From an uncultured delta proteobacterium (GTDB taxonomy: Bacteria; Myxococcota; UBA727; VGSZ01), in the NCBI GenBank assembly GCA_963775425.1, contig CAVZJB010000016.1, forward strand, positions 1,216,001-1,280,000: a stretch of 64,000 bases of DNA, given 5' to 3'. The notes below the pieces were generated by a model. That model did no database searches and was not told the origin of the DNA. It worked only from the letters and a program-made list of their open reading frames with translations. How positions within the stretch are numbered: position 1 is the stretch's first letter; every line of letters begins with the position of its first letter. Positions 45,449 through 54,640 of the stretch are shown piece by piece. Both the position numbers and the translations under genes were made by a program.

Positions 45449-47503
45449 ATGCGCCGCATCGTCGTCCCCGAGACCCGCATCTCCCGTCATGCGCTCCCCC
45501 ACGCGGCACGGCTGCGGCGGCGGGGCGACCTGGGACCGCTCGGGACCGTCGCCGTCGTCGCCGTCATCTTCGCCGCGCTCGTCGCCGACGAGGCGCTCGC
45601 CGCGCCCGCGACGCTGAACGCGCTGCGCGTCGAGGAGACGCCCGACCTCGACGTCGTCCTCACCGTCGACGCCAGCGACGCGCCCACCTTCCAGGTCTTC
45701 CGCGTGCCGGGCGGCACGAGCTACGTGGTGGAGCTGCCCGGCCTCGCGCTCGACAAAATCGGGCTCGAGGAGAAGGGCGAGAAGATCCTGCTCGACGACG
45801 CCCACGTCGAGGCGCCGGCCCGAGGCGGCCCCGGGCGCGTGGTCCTCGCGTTCGCCGGCGACGTCGACTACGACGCCGATACCAAGGGCGGCGCCCTCCA
45901 CATCCGCTTCAAGCACGAGGGTGACAAGACCGCGCTCCTGCGCGCGCACGAAAAGAAGCTCGAGCAGATCGAGCAAAAGCGCCTGGCCGCGCTCGATGAC
46001 AAGCGGCGCGTCGAGGATGAGCGCCGGCACGCCGCCGAGGCCGAGGCCGCGCGCGCCGCCGCGCTCGAAAAGAAGCGCGCCGATGAGGAGGCGCGGCGCG
46101 CCGCGGCCCTCGAAGCGAAGCGCCGCGCCGAGGAGGAGAGGAGGGCCGCCCTCGAAAAGAAGAAGCAGGAAGAGGAGACGCGCAGGCTGGCCGCCCTCGA
46201 GGCGAAGAAGCACGCCGAGGAGGCGCGCAAGGCGGCGCTCGAGGCCAAGCGGCAGGCGGCGCTCGACAAGAAGAAGAAGGCCGAAGAGGAGCGTCAGGCG
46301 GCGCTCGAAAAGAAGCGGCAGGAGGCGGAGGCGCGCCGCCAGGCGGCGGTCGAACAGAAGCGCCGCGCCGAGGAGGAGCGGAAGGCCGCCCTCGAAAAGA
46401 AGAAGCAACAAGAGGAGGCGCGCCGCCAGGCCGCCCTCGAGCAGGAGCGCCGCGCCGAAGCGGAGCGGAAGGCCGCCCTCGACAAGAAGAAGGAAGAGGC
46501 GCGCCGGCTCGCCGAAGAGGCCAAGCGCCGCGCGGCCGAGGAGAAGGCCGCGGCGGAGGCCCGGATCGCCGCGGCGCAAGCGGCCCAGGAGAAGGCGGCG
46601 GCGGAGCAGCGTGCGCTCGAGGACAAGCGCGCGGCCGAGGCGCGCGCGGCAAAGGCGCGCCTCGAGGAGCAAAAGCGCCTCGAGGAGCGGCGCGCGGCCC
46701 AGGCGGCGGCCGAGGCGGCGGCCCAGGCGGCGGCCCAGGCGGCGGCGGAGAAGGCCGCGGCGGTGGAGGAGGCGGCGGCGGAGAAGGCCGCGGCGCAGCG
46801 GCTCGAGGAGCAAAAGCGCCTCGAGGAGCAAAAGCGCCTCGAGGAGCAGCGCCGCGAGGCCGAGGCGCGCCTGCGCGCGGAGCAGCGGCGACAAGCGGAG
46901 GCCGCGCAGAAGGCGGCCGAGCAGCGCCGCCTCGAGGAGCAGCGCGAGGCCGACGAGCGCGCGCGGCGCGAGGCGCTGCAGGCGCACGCGCCGGCCGCGG
47001 TCTCGGCGGTGCGCGAGCGTCCCCGCGGGAACAACGACTACGGCTTCGGCGGGCGCAGCATCGATCTCACGCCGCCGGCGCGGTACCAGCGCTTCACGCC
47101 CACCGGCGACGACGACGAATTCGGCGGCGGCGACGGCTTCACCGACGACGCCTTCGACGAGCAGAGCGGCTCCAGCGTGTTGTCGCAGGTCACCGTCCAG
47201 CGCACCGACGGCGGCTCGCGCGTGGGCATCCGCGTCGACTCGCGCGAGCCCGTTCAATACAACGTCGCGCGCCGCGGCAAAAACCAGCTCCTGCTCACGC
47301 TCTACAACACCCGCGCCGCCAACCTCGACGTGCGCCGCATCCTCGACGCGCGCGCGTTGCAGGCGAGCGTGCTGCGCGTGCTGCCCTCGGTGCAGGAGGA
47401 CTCGCGCTTTCGTATCCAGCTCGTGATCGAGTTGCGTGATCAAGCTCCGGTCAGGATCGGGCAGGAGGGCGGTATGCTGTGGCTCTCTGTCGGCGACTCC
47501 TGA
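45449..47503 (+). CDS. Exported protein: AMIN-like domain, ~350-aa E/K/R/A charged helix, AMIN-like domain
   Basis: TM/signal ending ALA; beta-rich N- and C-terminal domains with AMIN-like pattern; long AALEKKR/EEQKRL repeats. Confidence 0.72.
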   Translation: MRRIVVPETRISRHALPHAARLRRRGDLGPLGTVAVVAVIFAALVADEALAAPATLNALRVEETPDLDVVLTVDASDAPTFQVFRVPGGTSYVVELPGLALDKIGLEEKGEKILLDDAHVEAPARGGPGRVVLAFAGDVDYDADTKGGALHIRFKHEGDKTALLRAHEKKLEQIEQKRLAALDDKRRVEDERRHAAEAEAARAAALEKKRADEEARRAAALEAKRRAEEERRAALEKKKQEEETRRLAALEAKKHAEEARKAALEAKRQAALDKKKKAEEERQAALEKKRQEAEARRQAAVEQKRRAEEERKAALEKKKQQEEARRQAALEQERRAEAERKAALDKKKEEARRLAEEAKRRAAEEKAAAEARIAAAQAAQEKAAAEQRALEDKRAAEARAAKARLEEQKRLEERRAAQAAAEAAAQAAAQAAAEKAAAVEEAAAEKAAAQRLEEQKRLEEQKRLEEQRREAEARLRAEQRRQAEAAQKAAEQRRLEEQREADERARREALQAHAPAAVSAVRERPRGNNDYGFGGRSIDLTPPARYQRFTPTGDDDEFGGGDGFTDDAFDEQSGSSVLSQVTVQRTDGGSRVGIRVDSREPVQYNVARRGKNQLLLTLYNTRAANLDVRRILDARALQASVLRVLPSVQEDSRFRIQLVIELRDQAPVRIGQEGGMLWLSVGDS

Positions 47504-47830
47504 ATGACCCCGGGCGACTTCTTCGAAACCATCTGTCCTCGTCTCCTCGAAGCCCAGCGCGACACCTGCGCGCGGCTCGGCGGCAGCTACGCCATCAAGC
47601 TCACCGGCGCGGGTGGCGGCACCTGGACCATCGACTTCCCCTCGGCGTCGGTGACCAAGGGCCTGAACAAGCGCCCCGATCTGACGCTCGAGACCTCGGG
47701 CGGAGAGTTCACGCGCATGATGCAGGGCGCGCTCGACGTCGTGGCGTCGTTGAAGGCCGGCCGGCTCAAGGTCCACGGCGACGCGCGGAAGATCGGCAAC
47801 CTCGCGCTCATCCTCGGCGCGGGCGCCTGA
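47504..47830 (+). CDS. SCP2 sterol-binding domain protein
   Basis: GGGTWTID, PDLTL, GRLKVHGD pattern. Confidence 0.8.
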   Translation: MTPGDFFETICPRLLEAQRDTCARLGGSYAIKLTGAGGGTWTIDFPSASVTKGLNKRPDLTLETSGGEFTRMMQGALDVVASLKAGRLKVHGDARKIGNLALILGAGA

Positions 47831-47841
47831 CGCTGATCACG

Positions 47842-47867
47842 ACCGGAGGGAGCGGCCGCGCTTGATC
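47842..47867 (+). repeat. Dispersed intergenic repeat, copy 3
   Basis: Same motif as 7168 and 36194, flanked by TGATCA...TGATCA, between convergent genes. Confidence 0.75.
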
Positions 47868-48720
47868 AAGCGCGGCGGGCGAGCGCGATGTGGCGGTGCT
47901 CGGTGAACGCGCGGGCGCGGGCGCGCAGCGAGGGCGGCAGCAGCTCGCCGGCGAGGTCGACGGCGTCCTTGTCCCACTCGACACCAAAGCCTCGCGCGCC
48001 GAGCCACGCAGGGAGCGCGCCCGGGGCGAAGCCGAACGTGAAGGGCTCGCCGGCGCCGCGCACCACGGCGGAGATGGCGCGCTGCACGGCGCGTGGTCGA
48101 TCGATGAGCGCGCGATCGAAGTACGTCATGGCGAACGGCGAGCCCGGCGCGGAGAGCGCGGCCACCGCCGCCACCGTCGACGACACGGCCTCCTCCGTCA
48201 GGTACATCGTGACGCCCTCCCAGACGGTGAGCGTGCGCCTGGACGCGTCGTGGCCGGCGGCGGCGAGCGCGGCGGGGAGCTCGGCGAGGGGCCGCGCCTC
48301 GAAGTTCCAGGGGACGTAGACCACGCGGGCGCTGCGGGCGCCGGCGCCGGCGAGCACGGCGCGCTTCTTCTTCTGCGTGGCGGGGTGATCGACCTCGAAG
48401 ACCGCGGCGTCGCCGAGGGCCTCGGCGAAGCGCGCGGCGCGGCAGTCGAAGCCGGCGCCCAGGAGCACCACCTGCGCGCCGCCGTCGGCGGCGAACGCGC
48501 GCAGGACGTCGTCGATGGCCCGGGTGCGCAACTGCATGTAGAGGACGAACGGGAACAGGGGCCCCACGGGCCCGATGGACGTGGCGACGCGGATGGCGGG
48601 TGTGGCGAAGCGCCTGCCGAAGGGGTCGTCGGCGAGCCGCGCGCCCTCCGGCAACGCGGCGCCGAGGCCGCGCGCGGCGGCGACCCAGGCGGCGGTCATG
48701 CTCGGCGACTGCTCGCGCAT
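47866..48720 (-). CDS. SAM-dependent methyltransferase, leucine carboxyl methyltransferase-like family
   Basis: TAAWVAAAR, RTRAIDD, QVVLLGAGFDCRA, FEVDHP, WEGVTMYL. Confidence 0.85.
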   Translation of the reverse strand: MREQSPSMTAAWVAAARGLGAALPEGARLADDPFGRRFATPAIRVATSIGPVGPLFPFVLYMQLRTRAIDDVLRAFAADGGAQVVLLGAGFDCRAARFAEALGDAAVFEVDHPATQKKKRAVLAGAGARSARVVYVPWNFEARPLAELPAALAAAGHDASRRTLTVWEGVTMYLTEEAVSSTVAAVAALSAPGSPFAMTYFDRALIDRPRAVQRAISAVVRGAGEPFTFGFAPGALPAWLGARGFGVEWDKDAVDLAGELLPPSLRARARAFTEHRHIALARRA

Positions 48721-48802
48721 GCGCCGACCATAGCCCTGGCCCCCGCGGGCGGCGACTGTCCGCTTTCTTTCGGGACCACGCGCCGTCGGGTACGTTGTCC
48801 TC

Positions 48803-49540
48803 ATGCGGATCGTCGTCGTCACCACCGTCGCCGTCGCCCTGTCGTGGGGCCTCGCCGGCTGCGCGCCCACCGCCGGCGTGCTGCGGCCGTCGCACCCGCT
48901 ACTCCTGAGCGAGGAGGGGCGGCCGGCGCTCGCGCCCGCCGAGACGGACCAGGTGTGGATCGACGACCCCGTCCCCGACGACGACGACCGCGTCCGCTCC
49001 CTCCGCGCCCGCATCGCGCGGGTCGCCGGACAAGAGGTCGGCAAGGGGCCCATCGTCGTCGCCGGCAAGCGCTTCCGCATGGACTGCTCCGGCGTCGCGA
49101 GCGGCATCTATGAGAAGGCCGGCGTCGCCCTCGGCGCGCCCGCCGGCGGCTTCGACGTTCGCGCGCTCTACGCGCTCACCGAGAAGAGCGGCTCCTTGCG
49201 GCGCAACGACCCCCTGCCCGGCGACCTCGTCTTCTTCGACGACACGTGGGACGCCAACGGCAACGGCCTGCGCGACGATCCCTTGTCCCACGTCGCCATC
49301 GTCGAGCGCGTCGACGACGACGGCACGGTGTTGCTCGTGCACCGCGTCGGCCGGGCCATCGTCCGCGCGCGCATGAACCTGGCGCAGCCGCATACGCGCC
49401 ACGACGCGCAGGGCCACACCCTGAACCACTACCTGCGTACGGCCCAGGGCGCGACGCCGCCGAGGACCACCGCCGAGCTGTTCGTCGCCTACGGCTCCCT
49501 GCCCCTGCGCGAAGGCGTCGGCCTCGTCGCCGCGCGCTGA
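48803..49540 (+). CDS. NlpC/P60-CHAP family lipoprotein (cell-wall peptidase)
   Basis: LAGC lipobox; DCSG, PGDLVFF, HVAIV. Confidence 0.82.
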   Translation: MRIVVVTTVAVALSWGLAGCAPTAGVLRPSHPLLLSEEGRPALAPAETDQVWIDDPVPDDDDRVRSLRARIARVAGQEVGKGPIVVAGKRFRMDCSGVASGIYEKAGVALGAPAGGFDVRALYALTEKSGSLRRNDPLPGDLVFFDDTWDANGNGLRDDPLSHVAIVERVDDDGTVLLVHRVGRAIVRARMNLAQPHTRHDAQGHTLNHYLRTAQGATPPRTTAELFVAYGSLPLREGVGLVAAR

Positions 49541-50607
49541 GCCACGCCCACACTCTCGAGCACGGCGCGCACGGCGCTCGACGTGCCCACGCGCGACACG
49601 TCGTCCACGAACGGGCCTTCGCGCGCGCCGACGTCGACGCGCAGCACGCTGAAGCGAAGCTCGCGGTGCGTGAGGGTTCGCTCGACGACGACGGGCGCGG
49701 GGACGTGCGCCGGCGGCTCGATGCCGCGTGCGACGAGGAGCGCGCGCCACGCGCCGGCGACGTCGACCCGGCTGCGGGCGCTCGGGGCGGGCGCGAGCTC
49801 GGTCGAAGGCGGCTCCAAAAGCCCACCGAACAGGCCGTCGCGCTCGCGCTTCTCGAGCCACACGCGGCCGGCGTCGTCGACGACGACCACGCTCGCGACG
49901 TGCAACTGCTTGCGGGCGCGCCTGGGTGACTTCTTCGGCAGCGACGCCGCCGTGCCCGCGGCCCGCGCGCGACACGCGCCGGCCCATGGACACGCGCCGC
50001 ACGACGGCGACCGCGGCGTGCACACGAGCGCCCCGAGCTCCATCAGCCCTTCGTTCACCGGCCCCGAAGCGTCCGCGCCCTCGACGAGCGCCGCCGCCCG
50101 CGCGCGCAGCCGGTCACGCGCGGCGGGGGTGTCGACGGGGGCTGCGTCGTCGCAGAGGCGGGCGAGCACCCGGGCGACGTTGCCGTCGACGACGGCGACC
50201 CTCTCGCCGAACGCCAGGCTGGCCACCGCCGCGGCCGTGTAGTCGCCCACCCCGGGGAGCGCCCGCAGGCCCGCCGCCGTGTTCGGGAAGCGGCCGCCGT
50301 GGTCGCCGGCGACGGCGCGGGCGGCGCGGTGGAGGTTCCGGCCTCGCGAGTAGTAGCCGAGGCCGGACCACAGCGAGAGCACCTCGTCCTCGGACGCCGC
50401 CGCGAGCGACGCGACATCGGGGAAACGGGCCACGAAGCGCAGGAAGTAGGCCTCGACGACGCTCACCCGCGTCTGCTGCAGCATGACCTCGCTCAGCCAC
50501 ACCCGATAGGCGCTGCGTTGTTTGCGCCACGGAAGGTCGCGCCGGTTGTCGTCGAACCAGGCGGTGAGAGAGCGGCCGAGGACGCGCGCGGGCGCCGGGA
50601 GGTCCAC
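49489..50607 (-). CDS. mutY: A/G-specific adenine glycosylase
   Basis: SEVMLQQT, WSGLGYYSR, LPGVGDYTA (HhH), VDGNVARV, C-x6-C-x2-C-x5-C Fe-S motif. Confidence 0.93.
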   Translation of the reverse strand: MDLPAPARVLGRSLTAWFDDNRRDLPWRKQRSAYRVWLSEVMLQQTRVSVVEAYFLRFVARFPDVASLAAASEDEVLSLWSGLGYYSRGRNLHRAARAVAGDHGGRFPNTAAGLRALPGVGDYTAAAVASLAFGERVAVVDGNVARVLARLCDDAAPVDTPAARDRLRARAAALVEGADASGPVNEGLMELGALVCTPRSPSCGACPWAGACRARAAGTAASLPKKSPRRARKQLHVASVVVVDDAGRVWLEKRERDGLFGGLLEPPSTELAPAPSARSRVDVAGAWRALLVARGIEPPAHVPAPVVVERTLTHRELRFSVLRVDVGAREGPFVDDVSRVGTSSAVRAVLESVGVAQRAATRPTPSRRGREP

Positions 50608-50671
50608 GGCATCCTCTAGCATCGACGGCGCGCAAGAGGATCTGGGTCGCGGCCCGTGGTATCCGTGACTC

Positions 50672-51523
50672 GTGGGAGAAGGCGGTCCAAACGAGCCGGG
50701 CGATCGCGTCGAGGCGGCCATGGCGTCGCTCGACTCGCTCGTCGAGCACCTGCGCGGCGTGGAGAAGCTGCGCGAGAACGTCGCCGCCCTCGTCGTCGAG
50801 AGCCAGCGCCTGCGTGCCGACAACGTCCGCCTCTCCAAGGCGCTGGTGCGCGTGCAGGAGAGCGGCACCCCGCACGACGCCCTCTCCACCCTCAAGGTCG
50901 CGCAGGAAAAAGCGCAGATCTACCAACAGCAGGTGCAGGACCTGCTCGAGGTGCAGACCGAGCTCGAGAGCCGCGTGCTCGAGCTCGAGGAGCTGAACTC
51001 GTCGATGATGAGCATGTACGTGTCGAGCTTCCAGCTCCACGCCACGCTCGACCTCGCCGAGGTCATCCGCGTCATCGAGGAGATCCTCGTCAACTTCATC
51101 GGCGCCCGCAGCTACGCCATCTTGCTCCTCGACGACGACGGCGAGACCTTCCGCGTCGCGGCCGAGCAGGGCCTCGACGGCCGCCTGCCGCAGACGGGCA
51201 TCCGCCCCCGCGGCGTGCTGGCCGAAGTCCTCGGGTCGCTCACGGCGTACGTGCACACCTCGGCGCGGCCGGCGCGCGAGGGCGTGCTCGCCGCCGTGCC
51301 GCTCGCCCTGGGCAAGGCGTGCGTCGGCGCCATCCTCGTGTTCGGCCTGTTCTCGCAAAAGGAGCGCCTGCTGCGAAACGACATGGAGCTGTTCTCGCTG
51401 CTCGGTGGCCACGCCGCGAGCGCCATCGTGTCTTCGCGGCTCTACGCGCGCGCCGACCGCAAGGTGAAGACGCTCCAGGCGATGCTCACCCTCCTCGAGG
51501 AAGCGCCCGGCGACGAGGCCTGA
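50672..51523 (+). CDS. Coiled-coil + GAF domain protein
   Basis: Heptad N-terminus; MYVSSFQLHATLD, AAVPL, ELFSLLGGHAASAI typical of myxobacterial GAF proteins. Confidence 0.78.
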   Translation: MGEGGPNEPGDRVEAAMASLDSLVEHLRGVEKLRENVAALVVESQRLRADNVRLSKALVRVQESGTPHDALSTLKVAQEKAQIYQQQVQDLLEVQTELESRVLELEELNSSMMSMYVSSFQLHATLDLAEVIRVIEEILVNFIGARSYAILLLDDDGETFRVAAEQGLDGRLPQTGIRPRGVLAEVLGSLTAYVHTSARPAREGVLAAVPLALGKACVGAILVFGLFSQKERLLRNDMELFSLLGGHAASAIVSSRLYARADRKVKTLQAMLTLLEEAPGDEA

Positions 51524-52689
51524 TGCGCGCGTACCTCCTCGGCGGCCGTCCGCTTCACTTCCCGTTCCTCTCGGGCGTCCTGCGCTACGACTGCCCCACC
51601 TGCGACGCGCCCTGCTGCAAGGGCGCCGCCCTCGGCGTCGGCGTGTCGCGCGAGCTGGTGACGCTCGGCCACGCGCAGCCGCGGGCGCCGATGTTCGCGG
51701 TGCCGACGTTCTTCCACTCGCCGATGCTCGCGGTGCAGACGCCCGCCGAGCGCTGTTGGTTCCTCGACCGCAAGAACCGCTGCCGGCTCGAGCGCGTCCT
51801 CGGCCGGGACGCGAAGCCGTCGGGCTGCCGGCTCTTTCCCTTCGTCCGCTTTCGCACGGTGGGGGAGGCCGTGGCGGTGCTGCCGGACTTCACCTGCCCC
51901 ATCCAGGTCGCGGACGCCGCCACCGAGCACGGCGCCACGAGCCACGACGAGATCGCCCTCGAGATCCACCACGCCCACGTCCCGCGCAACGGGCACCCGC
52001 CGCTGACGGCGCCGCGCGATCTCACGTGGAGCGACGCCGTGGTGCTCGAGCGCCGCGTGGTCGAGGAGAGCGAGCCCTTCCTGCGCGCGACGTCATACAC
52101 GCCGTACGCGGAGCTTCAGGTGCAGCTCGCGCTCGCGTTCCTGGGCATCGACGGAAAGCCCGGGGCGATGGCGCGCGTCGAGGAGACCGCCCGGAGGTTC
52201 CTCGGCGTCACCGAGAAGCCGAGCCACGGTTTGGTGCGCGATCTCGTGGGGCTCACCGGCACGCTGCGCCTGCAGGCGAGCGCCCTGCCCCGCCGCGAGA
52301 TTGCCGGCGTGCTCGTGGCGCTCTCGGTGCTCGGCGGCGTCGCGGAGGCGATGCGCGGGGCGGTGCAGTCGCCGCGCACGCTGACGTCGATCTTTCAAAA
52401 CCAGCTCCCGTTCCTCTATGCGCTGGCGCACCTTGGCTCGCGGCCGGCGGTCCGCCCCGGCGTCTCGCTCGCGACGGCCGCGCGCGACGCGGGCGCCACG
52501 CGCCAGGCGAGCCTCGCGGTGCTCGCCGACATCGAGAAGAACGGCCGGCGCGCGGTCGCCGACACGCTCGAGGACCTCCTGCGCAAGCAGCACGAGGCCT
52601 TCGCGCCGCCCCTGTCCGCCGACGCAGTCGCGATGCTCCACCAGCTCGGCACGGTGCTCTTGCGCGCCTGCAGCTTCGTGCCGGTGTAG
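51523..52689 (+). CDS. YkgJ-like cysteine cluster (CxxCxxxCC) protein
   Basis: YDCPTCDAPCC, CWFLD...CRL, KPSGCRLFPF; TGATG overlap with the GAF gene. Confidence 0.78.
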   Translation: MRAYLLGGRPLHFPFLSGVLRYDCPTCDAPCCKGAALGVGVSRELVTLGHAQPRAPMFAVPTFFHSPMLAVQTPAERCWFLDRKNRCRLERVLGRDAKPSGCRLFPFVRFRTVGEAVAVLPDFTCPIQVADAATEHGATSHDEIALEIHHAHVPRNGHPPLTAPRDLTWSDAVVLERRVVEESEPFLRATSYTPYAELQVQLALAFLGIDGKPGAMARVEETARRFLGVTEKPSHGLVRDLVGLTGTLRLQASALPRREIAGVLVALSVLGGVAEAMRGAVQSPRTLTSIFQNQLPFLYALAHLGSRPAVRPGVSLATAARDAGATRQASLAVLADIEKNGRRAVADTLEDLLRKQHEAFAPPLSADAVAMLHQLGTVLLRACSFVPV

Positions 52690-52693
52690 GCGC

Positions 52694-54278
52694 CTACGGA
52701 TCACATTGCGCGTCAGCCGCCTCGGCGAGCGCGACCGTGTCCGCCTGCGCGGCCGGGAGCACCACGGTGAAGCACGCGCCGGCGCCGGCGGCCGTGCGCA
52801 CCGCGAGCTCACCGCCGAAGCCGCGCACGATCTGGCGGCTGATCCACAGGCCGAGCCCGGTGCCGACGTCGGCGCCCTTGGTGGTGAAGAACGCCTCGAA
52901 CAGGCGCGCGACGTGCTGCGGGGGGATGCCCGGCCCGCTGTCCTCGACGTCGATGACCACCGAGTCGCCGTCGCGCCGCGTGCGCAGCCGGATCTCCTTC
53001 GCCGTCGCCTGGCCCGCCATCGCCTGCGCCGCGTTCACCACCAGGTTCAGGAACACCTGCGAGAGCTTGCCGGGGTTCACCCGCACGTCGACGCCGGCGG
53101 CGAGATCGTCGCGGACGGACGCGCCGTGCTTCTTCACCTCGGCCGCGGCCACGCGCAGGGCCGAGCGCACCACGTCGTTCACGTCGACGCACGCGGGAGG
53201 GACGCCCTCACCGGACCGCGCGAGCGACTTGAGGTCGGCGGCGATCTCCTTGATGCGCTCGGCGCCGACGATGCCGTCGTCGAGGGCCTCCTGCAGCTCC
53301 GCCAGCGCGTTGTCCGACGGCTCCCTCCCGCTGCCGAGCTCGGCCAGCGCCTCCTTCGCGAAGCCGAGCGCGCTCAGCGTGAACGCCGCCGGGTTGTTGA
53401 TCTCGTGCGCCACGCTTGCGGCGAGCTGCCCGATGCAGGCCAGGCGCTCCGCGGCCACGACCTGGCCGAGCAGCCGCGCGTTCTCGAGCGCGAGCAGCAC
53501 CTGCGACGCGAGGACGCCGGCGCGCTCGACGTCGTTGTCCGAGAACGCGGGCCGCCCGGCGCGGCGCAGGTTGAGGACGCCCACGGCCCGCTCGCCGACG
53601 ACCAGCGGGTAGACGATGCTCGAAACGCCGTCGTCGTCGACGCGCAGCACGGGGGCGCGGTCCACGAGCACCTGCCCCGCCACCCCCTCGCCGGGGGCGA
53701 TGACCGCGCCGGCGCGCTCCGGGCAGCTCTGCGCGCCCGCCTCGTAGGCGACGTACACGTCGCCGGCAGGACCGACGAGCATGAGCGAAGCGTCGGCCGC
53801 TGCCATGACGTCCATGGCGACGTCCACGATGTGATGAGGCAGCCGGGCGTCGGGCGGCGACGCGAAGATCACCTGACACGCGCGATACAGGCTGGTCGCC
53901 GAGCGCAGGCGTTTGCGCTCGAGGGCCCGGTCCACCGACGACAAGAGGTGATCGGTGACGAACGGCTTCTGCAGCAGATCGAACGCGCCGGCCCGCAGGC
54001 AAGCGATGGCCGTCTCGAGGTTCGCGTGCCCCGTGCTGATGATGACCTCGGTGTCCGGCGCCGTCGCGCGCACGTGCTTGAGCACGTCCAGGCCGCTGAG
54101 CCCGGGCATGCGGATGTCGGAGAGCACGAGAATCGAACGCGTCGCGCCCGAGCGCCTCCAGCGCCGCCGCGCCGTGCTCCGCCATCACCACCTGGAGTCC
54201 GGCGTCCCCGAGCTCCCACGCGAGCATCTCGCGCATACCGCGTTCGTCGTCGACGACGAGCACCTTGCCGCTCAGCAC
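52694..54278 (-). CDS. Hybrid REC-GAF-HisKA-HATPase sensor kinase; one apparent +1 frameshift at ~54131
   Basis: VLVVDDE (frame A), SDIRMPG and KPF (frame B), AHEINNP, NLVVNAAQA, FFTTK, GTGLGL; removing one base at GAATC 54130-54134 joins the frames. Confidence 0.88.
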
Positions 54279-54640
54279 GGGGGCACCTCTGCGGCGTCGA
54301 CGACGCACATCAGCTCGGCGAACGTGAACGGCTTGTGCAGCACGCTCGAGGCGCCGTGGGACAGGCCCGAGGCGATGTCCGCGTCCATCTCGGGGCTGCC
54401 GCTCATGAGCACCACCCGCTGCTCGCCCCGCGCGCCCTTGATGCGGCGCACGGCCTCGGCGCCGCCGAGGACGGGCATGTGCACGTCGAGGATGACGAGC
54501 GTGAACGGCCCGCGCTCGACGTGCTTCACCGCCTGCAACCCGTCGCAGACCGCGACAATCTCGAAGCCCATCGGCTCGAGGAGAAACCGCATCGCGTCGC
54601 GCTGCCCTGCCTCGTCATCGGCGATCAGGATCCGTTTCAT
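54272..54640 (-). CDS. Single-domain response regulator
   Basis: ILIADDE, ILDVHMP, MSG, KPF. Confidence 0.88.
   Translation of the reverse strand: MKRILIADDEAGQRDAMRFLLEPMGFEIVAVCDGLQAVKHVERGPFTLVILDVHMPVLGGAEAVRRIKGARGEQRVVLMSGSPEMDADIASGLSHGASSVLHKPFTFAELMCVVDAAEVPPC

Noticed and set aside
45930-46990. Tandem DNA repeats that might suggest a CRISPR or non-coding array
   Set aside because: They are in-frame coding repeats of the charged helix with no repeat-spacer structure, and no cas genes are in the window
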